Source: Ginglymostoma cirratum (Eukaryota). Taken from it: 64,000 bases of DNA. Of this stretch, positions 51,234 to 63,961 are shown in pieces (position 1 is the stretch's first letter; every line of letters begins with the position of its first letter). A model generated the notes under the pieces. That model had not been told where the DNA came from. It saw only the letters and a program-made list of their open reading frames with translations, and did not search any database. The position numbers and the translations under genes were made by a program. The stretch lies in contig JAHRHZ010000024.1 in assembly GCA_024137785.1 (NCBI GenBank), forward strand, positions 12,979,895 through 13,043,894. The letters run 5' to 3'.

Positions 51234-52547
51234 TTTTACCTTTCTCATTCCTGGAATCATTATTATAAATTGCTTCTGCACTCTCTCCAATATATTCAGA
51301 TCTTTCCTGTAATACAGCCCACAAAGCTGTAGACAATATCCTAGCTGCAGTCTGATAAATTAGTTACACAGGTTCACCTCCTTGCTCTTGTACTTTCTGT
51401 TCCTATTAATAAAGCTACACACACTGTGTTATTAATTGCTCTCCACCTATCCTGCCACCTTCAATAATCTTTACATATATACATCCAGTCCAAAGAGAGA
51501 ATTCAGAAATGCAAGTCAACACAAAGCTATACCCCTCCACATTATGCAGGTGCTTTGAACAATTTCCTGTGAAATATTTTGTTGCTACTTGCATCATTAT
51601 TTGATTAAGCACTCTGGCCCAGATATAAACAAAACAGTGCTTGGAAAACCCAAGTAGCTGGTCTAAAAGGGGTTCTGCCAAACCTAAGCAGCAGGATCTC
51701 ATTATAATGATGATCTCCTGTTTTCCAATTACTTCCAACCTGTTTGAAAGGCATGCAGCTGGGGGGAAAAATATCAGCAACTAAAAACTGCAGCCCCAAT
51801 GAATATACAACGGGATGGGAGCTTGAAATTGGGACCTAGTAAACAAGGTGAGGAGGAAGGTCACAGCAACCACAATGGAAGGCGAGTCTTGTGCTAACAG
51901 TTGCGTTGGTGGTGATAGAGATGGTGATGACTGGCCGCAGGTGGGTGCTGTAGGGTGGGGGCATTGCTTCTCATCCTGGTCCATAAGCAGTGTTACAAAA
52001 CAGACTTATCTGTTGAAGCTGGTTTTGGCATCGTTGAATACATTATCCATAGACCCTGTCCAGGCTCGAACAAAAGTGAAAATCATCAATTTGGCAAGTA
52101 TTACCCTTTCTCATCCAGAACTGCTGAAGAGGGAACTTGTATCACAACTCAGCTGATTACAGTCACTACAAGTTAGAAAACAGGTAACAAATAGGAAATC
52201 TTCTATGGTCTGCGGAAATTAATGCTATACGGATGTGCCATATCTATCTCAAATAATGGGTCAATAGTGATTGGTCTATGACATTACGATTTAACTTTTA
52301 ATTTGGAATGCTAGTATTTAACAAATTACTTCCAAAAAAAACAAAATCTCATTGTTTTAATGAGGAAACAAGAAGATAACCATTACAACAACAACAAAAG
52401 TGTAGTGGTGAGAGAATCACTAAGCTTTATGACAACAAAGACATTGAAATGTTCCTTTCTTTTGTTATTATTCGAACCACAGCAAACCATTCTTTTCAAC
52501 AGCCAGAACACAAGAACTTCCTAAATCAATACAGCCACTAAAAAAAA

Positions 52548-52685
52548 ATGGTTGCTTCCAGAACAATCTAGTCAACATTAATGTCCTTTAGAGAAGGAAA
52601 CTGTGCCCTTACCTGTTCTGGCCTACATGTGACTCCACACCCACAGCAATGTGGTTGATTCTTAACTGCCCACATCCTATGGACA
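52548..52685 (+). mobile_element. SINE body fragment (1638 family)
   Basis: taatgtcctttagagaaggaaa...ggcctacatgtgactccacacccacagcaatgtggttgattcttaactgccc. Confidence 0.75.
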
Positions 52686-54209
52686 AATTTTAAAACATTG
52701 CTTGATGACACTAGAAAAATAATTCAAGAAGTAATTTCTGTGCTAGATGAAATTAGGTAAAGCCACTCTCGTGGCATTTGTGCGGGCAAAGGATAATCAA
52801 GGTTAGCTCGCAAGTTGAAATACAGAAGGGGATAATCAAACAAAATACACTTATAGAAAGTAAAGTCAGCAATGTGAACAAATCATTGTAGTCGTTGTAA
52901 CTGCTGCATTAGCTTGACTGCTTAGAAATCAATACACTGCCATTATTTTGGTATTTTCAGGAGTTCTTTTTGATGCTTTTCATTTTTCAAGAATTGAACT
53001 GAGTCTAAAATTCTTCACTGTGACCAAAATACAAATTTTATTTAGCCAAGTGCCTGACAAATCTAAAAGCTGTATAGTGGAATCAATACGAAGTCAAAGA
53101 TTTTATGACATTGAATACATACTTCACTGATGGACTTTATACTCCTCTGTAATCAAGTGCCAGTGAAAAGTAAACAATTTACACTGTTCCTTCTCTCCAG
53201 ATTTCACTTATCATTCTGCTGTTTTGTAACCTTTCTGCTATCTGGACCTCAAGTTCTCATAGTGAAATAGTAACACAAGTACAGGCAAGTTGATTGGAAA
53301 AGAAATGGCAGAAATTGCCGTTTGTGTCCTTCAAAATGGGCTCACGACCCTTGATTGCCTGGGACACCACAAGTAGATTTTATTGTTACTACTGAGCCAC
53401 ATATTCAGTTACTTTGTTTTTCTGGTGCTTTCTAGCGTCCAGATCAATCAAATCAATAAAATATGCTAACTGTGGTTGAAAAGTAAGCATAAGCACTGCT
53501 ACCCATACAGCAGACAGCGATTGCCTGCCAACTGATCATGCTTCAAGGCAACTTTTATGAGGTTCTTTAATGGGCTTGAACATGGTAATGTTCAGCCAAT
53601 CAGCTGCTGCATTCTCAAACATGGCATAAGAAATACATGTTGCTACTGCTGACAGGAATTAAAACAACGGGAGGTTCCCATCCCCTTAACAGCGTGTTGC
53701 ATTCCATTGATTCAGGTGCCAATTAACACACTGGCATTATCAATGGCTTGTAATTCTTGTGTTTTGGGATCAGCAAGGGTTTATCAGGTGAGCTCCACTC
53801 TGCGAAATACCTGGTCCAAAAAAAAATTGTTCAAATTGTGTCACCACATTTGCACCACAATGATAGCTACATTAGATTAAGATTGAATGAGGCTGGATTC
53901 ATTGTCAGAAAAAATCACAGACTGCTTACAATGCAGAAGGAAGAAGCTTTTCAATCCTGTAGCATTTCAGCTTAGTCTCCGTAGCGGGTATCCACAGTCT
54001 AATAACTCTGTCCTTTTCCCTACTGTCTATGATAGTCACCTGTGACTGTTTAAATGTTTTGGGAATTCTACACCTCTCACTGTTTCTGTTGGGACATTCC
54101 ATATTCAACTGACCTTCGCATAAAAATACTCCTGCTCAATTTTTAATTTATTCTGATCATGATGGTCTTAAACTGTATGGTTTAAATGCAGTGGAAATAC
54201 ATTTCCTTG

Positions 54210-54835
54210 ATTTGCCTCATGGAAAACATTGATAATTTTGACATTTTTGATCACATACCCTCTTGACACCAACTAGCAAAAATCTCTGCTTATATCTCTA
54301 TCGTCCATGGTTTCATCCTGGTGAATCCCATCTACACTCCCTCCACAGTCTTGAAATTTTCTTCAAATACAGGAACCATATGATGACAATAATCTTATAG
54401 GCACCTGACCATATATTTGTCAAGCTTACATTATGTCTTGGTTTTGTACTCTTTGAATGCACTTACAACACTCAGCTAGTTGTGAATTCGTCCAAATTGT
54501 ATTAACGTGTCCTTCCAATTTGAAAGATTTGGATATCTGAACTCCGAAATCTCTCTGCTGCTCCACCATTAGAAGAATTTGCCATTTAGTTATGATGGCC
54601 ACTCTTTATTTGCCCAAATTTCAACAAACCTGCATTTCTCCACATTAAATGTTATCTATCAATGAGCTATTTACCCCTGAAGTCAGTGTCAGTTATCTTC
54701 ACTATGCATATAGAGTGAACTTTGATACTTTGCCCTCTCTGTCCAAATCCAGACATTATATAAATTATTATATATGTTATTAGATATACAAGAAATAAGT
54801 CCTTGAAAATGACTCCTAGTTACATCGCTGCAGCA
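54210..54835 (-). mobile_element. Very old CR1 RT fragment
   Basis: cctgcatttctccacattaaat (FNVEKC); general parallel to 14600-15300. Confidence 0.5.
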
Positions 54836-55524
54836 TGAAAAATGCTGCAACTAAGCAGTTCCTTATTTAATAAAGTAAAGGCACAAATTAGTAACATCAG
54901 ATCTCTCACCAGTAATGCAAATAAAGGCAGAACAATAATAATAATAAAAATAAAAATAATAAAAAGAATAATAACTCTAGTCTAAATAGGGTATTGTTTC
55001 AAGACTCTTCTTCTTTAATCCCATTGGCATCAAAGGGACTCTTCTATCACAGTTTCATGTGCTGCTTTATTATCAAGTCTGTGATTCACCAATGATGTCA
55101 TTTAATATTTTTGTTCATCCATGTAATATATGCCCGAGTAAGGAGCTGCTGTGAATGCCCAAGTACAAGGTACCAAGTTCTACATTCAGGACCTTAAGAA
55201 CACATGGCAAGGCTGGCATGGTGTGGATGTCAACTCTGTTAGGCTAGTTTTGCAAGTTACAAAAAATTATTTCTTAGTAGCACACTTATTAAGGGGTCAG
55301 CATTTATAAAATTTCACAACTGGACTGGCTTTAAACAATGGTTAAAGAGAAGGTCTCCCATTACCTCATTTAGTTTATCAACCTACTAAATTATGCAACA
55401 CAGGAGAAAAAGTTTCTGATTTGTATCATGTTCACAGAGTAATCCCAAAGGGATCTATAATCTTCCTCCTTGAGTGACAGTCTGTGCGGTAAAATATGAT
55501 TCACATTCTGACTCAGAAATACAA

Positions 55525-55712
55525 AACTGTTCCTTCACGGTAACTTGGTCAAAATCCTGAAACAGCCACCTTAACAGCATTGTACCTACACCAAATGGAT
55601 TGTCATGGGACAAGAAGGAAGATCACCATGAATTTTTCAAGAGCAACTAAGATGTACAATATGCTGGCCCAGTCAGGAAAGCATCCATCTCCTGAATGAA
55701 CGATAAAAAAGA
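55525..55712 (+). mobile_element. LINE 3' tail
   Basis: ggtcaaaatcctgaaac...ctacaccaaatgga...atgctggcccagtc...tgaatgaa.gataaaaaa. Confidence 0.65.
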
Positions 55713-58700
55713 TAACCACATTCCTTTCAGATATATATCACAGTCCTCAAACAAATCAACAACTGCAGCACTCCAAATCCCATTCTGTTGAGGTCAACTA
55801 CCAGAGCACAAACTGGGAAAAAAAACTTTCTGATTGGCAGACTTTAGCCAATAACATCTGCACAAAACACTTCTTACCTAAGATCGTCCTATACTTTATA
55901 AGAAGACAATATATAGATGACAGCAGCAATGTGCAAACAATGACCTGTGGGTTATAAAGGGCCCTTGAACGCTGACAATAGTTGTGTAAGGTAATGGTTC
56001 TGAAAAACATAAAATGGAGCTGTTCTGAACTCCACTCACTCTGAAGATATCACACAATCTTTGTGAAGAGTTTACAGTTCTACACTAGCCTCACAGAGAG
56101 CGCAGGTTTCCAATATAGCTCACAAAAGTCCTAGTGATTATGCCTAAATTGTCAGGCTATCATGCAGTAAACCATCTTGTTAACTAAGACAAATATCTCT
56201 GCTGCTAACAGTCAATGTTCAATCATCCATCACTGATCATTCGATATGCCCAACATGCAAAATAGACAAAGGAGGATTGGTAGCAGTGAGCTACCTCAAA
56301 CAACCCTTGCCCTGAACAACAGCCTGACTGATGTAGCAGATACTATGTGGTGCCAGCAGTGACAATCAGGGCAAACAGCACAGCAATGTAGCCCATCAAA
56401 TTCAAGCACTAGGATTCCAAGTTTGCTCTTTGTGGTTTGTTCTGTTTGAAATTCAAGGGATTGCACATTTGGATAGGATATTTCTTAATCTGTTCCATCC
56501 AAAGCCAGGATCAGCTAACAAAACTGTATGCAGATTAATGGACTGGCCAACCTAAGTAGCCACTTGAGTTGAAACTCTTGGTCATTTCTACTTTGTCAAA
56601 TTCCATTCAATATGAATTTCTCTTCAATTTATAAATAGAATCAACATAATTTCCTACTTCAACTCCAAACAGTTATATTGCATTTTTAATCTAACAACTT
56701 ACCAGTTACAGTGGCTGTACCAATGAGGATAGTCAGGAACCACTGGGTCCACATGGTCATTGTACAAAGTCCAGTAGTAAAAGTGTAGCAAGTGTTTTCA
56801 GGTGAGGCACAAGAACTGCTCCCACTGGACATTCCTTCAATATCTTGGGCTTTGCATCAACTGGCTGCAGGAGTGAAAGAACAAAACCTGATTATTAAAA
56901 AACAATAGACAAGACTAAATTGAATAAAATTCCAGCTAAATTTTACAGAAGTAAATGTAGAAGTTGATGCATGTACATCATAGGTTAAAAATGCCAAAAG
57001 GCTGCTCATTTCTGCTATTCTCTCTGAGCGTCCAGAAGTAGGAACCTTTCTGACAATGAACTGCACTTCATGTCTTTGACACATGAGTTCACATGCTGTC
57101 CCAATCTCTGCAAAGGTAAATTGAGAAAAATGGTGACCAATTGTTAAGTTGCTTGATTTTACATTGAGTAACTATGAGTTACTTCGCAGCCCTCCATCTC
57201 CACCTAAAATATAAATGCGCCTTGCCCCTTCTTGGTCCAATTCTAAATGATCTGCGATAACTAGAACTAGCCGCCTTTAAACTCTTTTCTGTACCTGAGG
57301 CCTAAAACAGACATTGCCTCATTCAAAATCATCCTGATAGGTTTCTGAAAATGTTCTTGTAGTTTTTGTTAGCTCAGATCCGGGGAAGAGTACTTGTTGA
57401 CAACAACTCCACACAGGCATTGACCAACTGACATGCCAAACAAAATGACAGCTCTTTCTCGTAGGAGGATATTTCTTGGCTGACCACTCATGCTGTGTTC
57501 AACACACAACTTTTTGGGATCTATGATTTAAAAAAATCCCTAATGCTCCTTGACATCTCCAATGCCTCCTTACTGCTGCAATTGGTGACTTTTTAATCAC
57601 ATGAATTGATTTTTTTTCAAAAAAAAGACAAAAATAACCAAAGAGGTTAAAATTCCCAAACCTTGACATTGATCCTTTCCTTGCCATTAAAGATAGTCCA
57701 TGACTCATTCACAACTATAACTTTGCTAAATCCATACGTGGTGCAACTCTGATGCGTCCAAATTTGCCCCATAGATTTAAAATGGAACAAATTCGGAACA
57801 CCAGGAACTAACCCTGAACTATTTATGAACTGGTCTGAAAGCTAAATGAGATTAAAAATAAAAATATTTCACTTATGTAATTTAGTTATAATTATGTTCA
57901 AAACATTTCAAGAAACAATATTTTGAGCAGGTCAAGAATTTGATCAAAAGCGGGCAACAGTCATAGTTCCAGCAATATGTCTCTCTATTCTTAGAGAAGG
58001 ACAGCACTTCAGCCAATTAGATGCAGTGATCTGGTCCAGAAGGTGTAATAAATTGTAATTATTCTAAAGACATTAAAACATATTACTAATTCATTGTGAT
58101 AATGTCGATATACTGTCATTACAACATTAAATTGCCGAAGGACCTATAAAGGGTCAAAGAAACAGATTAAAAGTAACTAATTTGTAGTGTTATGTGAAAT
58201 ACCGCTGAGGTGAAGGTCTAATTTGTGTTGCTCTAGCAAAGAGCCAATATAGGCTCTTCAACATGGTATACTAATTGGCTTCCTTCTATGCTATAAAAGG
58301 CTCTACAATACTCTAACTCTCTCCTTGATTCAAAATAAATAAGTTGGCCTTGAATCTCAAATAACCCAACAACCCCTGAGTGAAAACAATATTGCAAGTC
58401 ATTCAATACTAAACCTTCCATATATCAATCTGCTAGCCAAAGTGAGCAAATTAAAAGTTACAATTGACCTACAGAGGCTGTATTTCTAAGCTACAACATA
58501 AATCACATCAATTTATGTCAAGGCTCTCTTGAACACTGACCTTTTAGGCTGTGTTGCTACCATCAGCAGAGTCACTGCAAACCGCTCAGACCAGAAGCTA
58601 TTTTCTGTGGGATGGAGTTAAACAAAGACAAACACCCTTCCTAACGTTATGTAAATCATAAGCCTCAATAAGAGAGAGTTCCTTTTTGTCTTTTGTTGAG

Positions 58701-58919
58701 AGTCAAATTGCTTTAAGTTCTGCTTTATGAACTCCACCACATGCAAAGCATTTGGAACTACTTAAGGAACATCATAGATGTTCACACAAAAAGCAAGCAA
58801 TGATTTTGTTTTGCAGATTTAGCCAGTTAATTCAAAGATGTGAATTCAATTGTATTTAAAACAATCCTTCCCCGCTGTTCACGTGATCACTGCCACGGTA
58901 TGGGTAGTCAGAGGAGAAG

Positions 58920-59452
58920 AGTTCAATTCTGGTCTCCCTGCTACAGCAGAGATGTTGTTAAACTTGAAAGGGTACAGAAAAGATTTACATGGATGGTGCC
59001 AGGATTGAGGGTTTGAGCTATAGGGAGAGGTTGCATAGGCTGGGGATATTTTCCCTGGAACTTCAGAAGTTGAGGAGAGACCTTACAGAGGTTTGTCAAA
59101 TCATGAGGGGCATGGACAGGGTGAATAGCCAAGGTCTTTCTCCCAGCGTAGGGAAGTCCAAAACAAGAAGGCATAGGTTTAAGGTGAGAGGGGCAAGATA
59201 TAAAAGGGGCTAAGGAGCAACTTTTTCAGAGGGTGGTGCATGTACAGAATGAGCTGCCAGAGGAGGTGTTGGAGGCTGGTACATTTACGATATTTAAAAG
59301 GCATCTGGATGGGTACATGAGTAGGAAGGGTTTAGAGGGATATGGGCCAAATGCTGGCAAAAGGGCCTAGAATAATTGATTATCTCTTCAGTATGGATGA
59401 GTTGGACCAAAGGGTCTGTTTCCATGCTATACAATCCCATGATTCTATGACT
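58920..59452 (+). mobile_element. HER1/CR1 LINE 3' end
   Basis: GLSYRERLHRLGIFSLE..KLRRDLTEV..IMRGMDRVNSQ.L.P.VGKSKTR.HRFKVRG; ends catgattctatga. Confidence 0.92.
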
Positions 59453-59667
59453 AGATCATATGGCATCTACAATACAACACGTTAAAACTTAAGACATACC
59501 TACCAGCTTCACTTTGAGACACCATGGAAACAAACTGCTGTGAAATATAAAAAAAATGGCCTAATTCGCAAATTAGGCTTTGAGTTGTTTGCCCCTTTTA
59601 CACACCCCAGCTTGTGGGAACATTATACAATATTGGTTTTCTTGTACTGAAATCTGATTACTAAAAA

Positions 59668-60340
59668 GGAATCAATGTTGTTAGGATACCCTGCAGCCAA
59701 ATTGCACATAGCAGGATTCTGAAGACAGCAAAGTGATAAATGACGGATACTCTGTTTTTAGTACTTGAAGGAAAAATATTGGCAATGATACCTTATGAAG
59801 GGATGTTGATTAGTTTGGGCCCGTACTCATTAGAATTTAGGAAAATGAGAGGAGACTTTATTGAAATATCTAAGTTTTTTGGGGGTTTAATGGTGCAGGT
59901 ACTGAGGTATTGTTTGTTTTCATGCAAGAGTGTGTCTAGGACCACGGGGTATAATCTCAGAATAAACGGCTATCCATTTAAAGCAAAGGCAAAGAAGAAT
60001 TTCTTTCTCTCAGAGGACAGCAAATTATGGTATTCTTTATTGTAGAAAGCTATTAAGTACATTCAAGGCTGAGATAGATTTTCAATTTTAATGGAATCAA
60101 AACATATGGGGAAGCGACAGGGAAGTGAGTTCAGGATTTCATATCATCCACTGAGTGGTAGAGCTGACTTGATGGGCCTAAAAGCCTACTTCTGCTCTGA
60201 CATGATACCAGGAGAGCTCCCCGTTATTCTGAGAACAGTACAATAGGATCATTTATGGTGACCTGAGGTGAAAGTGTGGGCTTCTGTTTAACATCTTACC
60301 CAAAAATGGCATCCATGACTGTGCAGCACTCCTCTCACCT
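59668..60340 (-). mobile_element. Deu-domain SINE (SacSINE1/AmnSINE1-like), split by CR1
   Basis: gcagccaaattgcacatagcag...aatattggc...|...gtttaacatcttacccaaaaatggcatcc.tgactgtgcagcactc recalls the Deu domain in reverse. Confidence 0.65.
59793..60201 (+). mobile_element. CR1 3' end with 8-bp TSD
   Basis: YEGML.SLGPYSLEFRKMRGD.IE; atgatacc at 59785-59792 and 60202-60209. Confidence 0.85.
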
Positions 60341-60684
60341 TCTCCAAGAGATGGTACTAGACAGAAAATTATGGTCTGGAATTTCCTGGAACTGCACTAT
60401 CAGTAACGGACACCATGAATTGAGTTATATTCTTTCATGCAAACCTCAAGAGAAAATTTTCTGGGCAAACATTTTGATAATGCCACAATAATCAAAATGA
60501 CTAAAATTAGGACTCAATGGCAGGCCCCATCTGCATCAATGACCAAATGGGACAGATCAATATTGGCATGATCCAAGTCACAGATGTGAAATACAAATAT
60601 ATTCACCACATCAAACCTGACAAATTACAGAAAAAAGTCTCAGTTCACTCACTTAGCTATGGTATTCAGAATTAACAACCATTC

Positions 60685-62150
60685 TTAAAAAACAACATTT
60701 GTGGACCATATTATTGTAACAAAATCTCACAAGGTTCTTCACATGAAATAAAGTACGAAAGCAAGCCATGTAAAGAGATAGCTTTAGGGCCAATGTCCAA
60801 AAGCTTAGTGAAACAGATGAATTTGAAGGGATGTTTTAGAGAAAGAACACATGATCAGGAGGTTCAAGAAGAGATTTCTAGGGCTTAGTCTCTATCCGTG
60901 CCCTCAAGTGTCCCTAGTGTGGAGTAATTAAAATCAGCGTTGCTTAAGAGGCTAAAATGAAAGGAATGGAGATATCCCAGAGGATGGGGAGGCCGGTGGA
61001 GATTCCCAAGATAGAGAGAGAGAGATGAGGGCATGATGAAATTTTAAAGCAAGGACAAATCAAGATATTGCTTAACCAGGGACCAACACAGTGAACATAG
61101 GCACTGGAATAGTCAAGACTAAAACAATGTCCTGCAACATGCTCACCGCTCACCACTTGCAGAACTAGCATCACATTGCAAGTCAGTCACAGGCCTGTTG
61201 AGAATGGTAATTCTTCATAATTGTCGTAGCCTATTCCATTTAGCAATCTATGGCAACATTTACAGTAGAAAATCCTGCATGGAAAGAAATCTTTAACACT
61301 AAAAGAAATGTGGCCTTATTGGATTAAGGTATATGGTAAAGATGCTGCCGTAAAGGGAATGTTGAAATAATTTTGTTGTTGTTCCTCAACAAGATGCCAT
61401 GTGGTTACTGGGTGAAAATTATCTTTTGACAGTTGTCACAGTGCAGTGCATTATTTCTCAGCTCTTGTGCTGTGGATTGTTACAAGATTCACTATCCCAT
61501 CTGGTAAATATGCTGGAAATATTGTGATGAATATAATGACCTGATCGTCACAAGTTTGGCAAGCGACAAAATCCTATTGAACAACACTGGTGTCAAAGTA
61601 ACAAAGAAAGGAATAAGAGTTTCAGCAAAAGTTGACCCAAGACAGGGGTGAAGTTAGATGAAATTATGGAGGTAGAAATACACATACAAATGTGCAGACA
61701 TGTTGAAATTAATACTGACACCAAGGCAGTGAACAGTCTAGTTTACTCTTAGTTTGCAGGAAGAATTACAGAGTTAGTAGCAAGAGGATGGGAGCTTGGA
61801 ATGAGGACGGAATGAGGAGCTTCAGTTTTCCCAATGCATGAATGGCAGACATTTTCGCTCACTTAGTACTGGATGCTGGAGAAGCAGTCTGATGATTTAG
61901 TGACAATGATGGAGTTGGGAAAGGAGCAGCGATGGCAGGTATCATCAGAGCACATACGAAACCTAACATTGCTTTTGGATGACATTGTTCAGGTTCAGCT
62001 TGTAGATAAGAATTAAGAGGGGACCCAGGATAGATCCATGAGGGACGGAATGGTATGAGAAGAGTAAGACAAGCCATTTGAAGAGATATTGTGTCTGCCA
62101 CTGAACAAATAACAATAAAACCAGGTAGTAGAAGTGCCACCCAGTTACAG
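60685..62150 (-). mobile_element. L2 LINE pieces (~60685-61100 and ~61610-62150)
   Basis: Parallels 46790-47190; aagaggggacccaggatagatccatgaggg = PQGSILGPLL in reverse. Confidence 0.65.
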
Positions 62151-63169
62151 ATTTAATTTATTTTCTTATTTATTTAGAATGAGATTTATAATTCAACTGG
62201 CTTGGAAGTCTCCAGAGTAAACAAACCCTCAAGGTCAACAATGGCATGTCCACAAACATTGTTGGCTAAAACCAGGCACAGAATAAAAAAGGGCACTTAA
62301 GAATCAGAATACAAGTATTTGGATGAATATTGATTCAAAATTAAATAAAATATGAGCAAAGATTCAATTTTACTTTCATAAATTCTGAACGTGTCATAAT
62401 ATTCACAACGCAAAATTTATTCCATGATTTTGCATTTTCCTCGAGCTCTATTACATGCTGGAAATATTTTTATGGGAAAATGTCAACATTTACTTTAATT
62501 ACATATGTATAAAAATCCATTCATGTGCCCCAGTCCCTAAAAATGAAGATCCACATTTACTTTGGTTCTTCTGGACAGAAAATCACACAAGAGCCAAGTA
62601 AGTGCAATGAAATAAAATTAACAAAAATCCAGTATTGTGGTGAATGCCATCAACTGGAATGTGGGTTGTTGAGCTATTCAGAAATTTTTACAGAAGTGTC
62701 TAAGCACTAAAAAAGCTCTAGGAAATATAAAATAATATAAATTGTGGTAATACCCACTTACACCATAATTTCCTCAGTGTTCTGGAAGCCTGGAAAATGA
62801 ACACCATCATCGATGGGCCACTCCAGTCTCCAGAAATTTGCGATTTAAATCACGTGAGTGGTTTGAAACTCTCACATTTCGAAATAACAGATGGGAGTTC
62901 TACTACTCAGCCAAGGTTAATATCTCCACAGTACAGCCTACAGAGAACATTAAAAAAACTAAAAGTTCTGTTACACTACCAGATGCACTCAGGCAATTCA
63001 CTGAGGCAGATGTAATCCAACTTCAAAATGCCGACAGCCAGCATTTGGTCCTAGATCTATGTTCCAGTTTCAAATGCCAACCAGTTCTGTGTTACATATT
63101 GCACTTTCTCACCACAGTACCCCACACTTGTCTATAATCAATCATACAGGGAAGGAAGGAGGAAGGGGA

Positions 63170-63545
63170 ACAAAATCTTTAATGGACCATACGACTATGG
63201 CTTTGGCTCCAGAAAGTGGAAAGAAACATCTACCAATACACCAGCATGATCGGACAAAGTCAATATCATTTCACAATAGGGAAATATAGTTTGGAAAATT
63301 TATTGGAACTTTTCTGAACTTGCACCAAATTGGATTGATGAAAAGCAATGAGTAAATGTACTCATATATGGATTACAAAATAGCATTTGAAATGGGCTTC
63401 ACAACATGTTGAGTATGTAAGATAACGCTTTATGGAGTTGGGTTAATATATCAAAACTGAGAGAAAGAATTAATCAGTGGACAAGGAGCAAACAGCAAGA
63501 CTAAATGGGCAATTTCAAGTTAGCAGGCTTCAACTAATGGAGAAT
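63170..63545 (+). mobile_element. Old CR1 RT fragment
   Basis: atcggacaaagtcaatatcatttcacaatagggaaa...aatttattggaactttt (I..SQ..F..GK....NLLEF). Confidence 0.6.
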
Positions 63546-63802
63546 CAACTAATATAATTGTAAATTAGAATTATATCAATATACAAATATACAATTATAA
63601 TTGCCAGAGACCTTCGAAACCTGAGGCTGCTCTCTTATTAGAGAGAAGTGACTGGTGGTGGTTTACCCTGAGGGTTACCACGCCGCAGGCAAGGGGAGAA
63701 GTTGAGATGGAGGCGTTTCCATGGTAACCTCAGCAAGTAGAAGGATTGAACTCACAGTGTTGACATCACTCTGCATTGCAAACCAGCTAACTGAGCGTAC
63801 CA

Positions 63803-63961
63803 GAGATAACGAAGTGTAGAGCTGGATGAACACAGCAGGCCAGGCAGCATCAGAGGAGCAGGAAAGCTGACATTTCAGGTCTGGACCCTTCTTCAGAAAA
63901 TGCCCACTGCGAAGCCTCCTTGTTAGCTCAGATTCTCCAGCATCGGCAGTTCCTACTATCT
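63803..63961 (+). mobile_element. Young PLE insertion: inverted arm, short linker, tail; 16-bp TSD
   Basis: ctaa(c/t)tgag(c/t)gtacca at 63787-63802 and 63962-63977. Confidence 0.88.
63865..63900 (-). ncRNA. Minimal hammerhead ribozyme core
   Basis: Minus strand ttttCTGAAGAagggtccagacctGAAAtGTCagct; catalytic residues retained. Confidence 0.65.

Larger units (their letters stand above)
50350..51485 (-). mobile_element. CR1 LINE 3' portion spanning the gap and a PLE insertion
   Basis: Tail cacagaatcac...; ccaggcagtatattccattccctaactactc; resumes tttctcattcctggaatcatt after 51235. Confidence 0.75.

Noticed and set aside
50503-51332. Longest ORFs in the track (146-233 aa)
   Set aside because: Artefacts of translating through the 400-N gap
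51781-52176. GC-richer segment with overlapping ORFs, one with a hydrophobic C-terminus
   Set aside because: Stops close upstream, no splice support, no recognisable family
57042-57115. LRR-like reading NLSDNELHFMSLTHEFTCCPNLCK before a gtaaat donor
   Set aside because: Acceptor context is poor (several upstream AGs), the 74-nt length is not frame-symmetric, and there are no neighbouring LRR exons
12198-57590. Isolated good splice acceptors on the plus strand (~12198, 43762, 53200, 57474) and a donor at ~47900
   Set aside because: They do not pair into a consistent open exon chain and give no recognisable protein
1531-63961. Recurrent MLLGLLCSSSSTPCYL peptide in several ORFs; repeat-spacer appearance
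   Set aside because: Incidental translation of the dispersed pLTR; not a gene family and not a CRISPR array (dispersed, eukaryotic, no cas genes)
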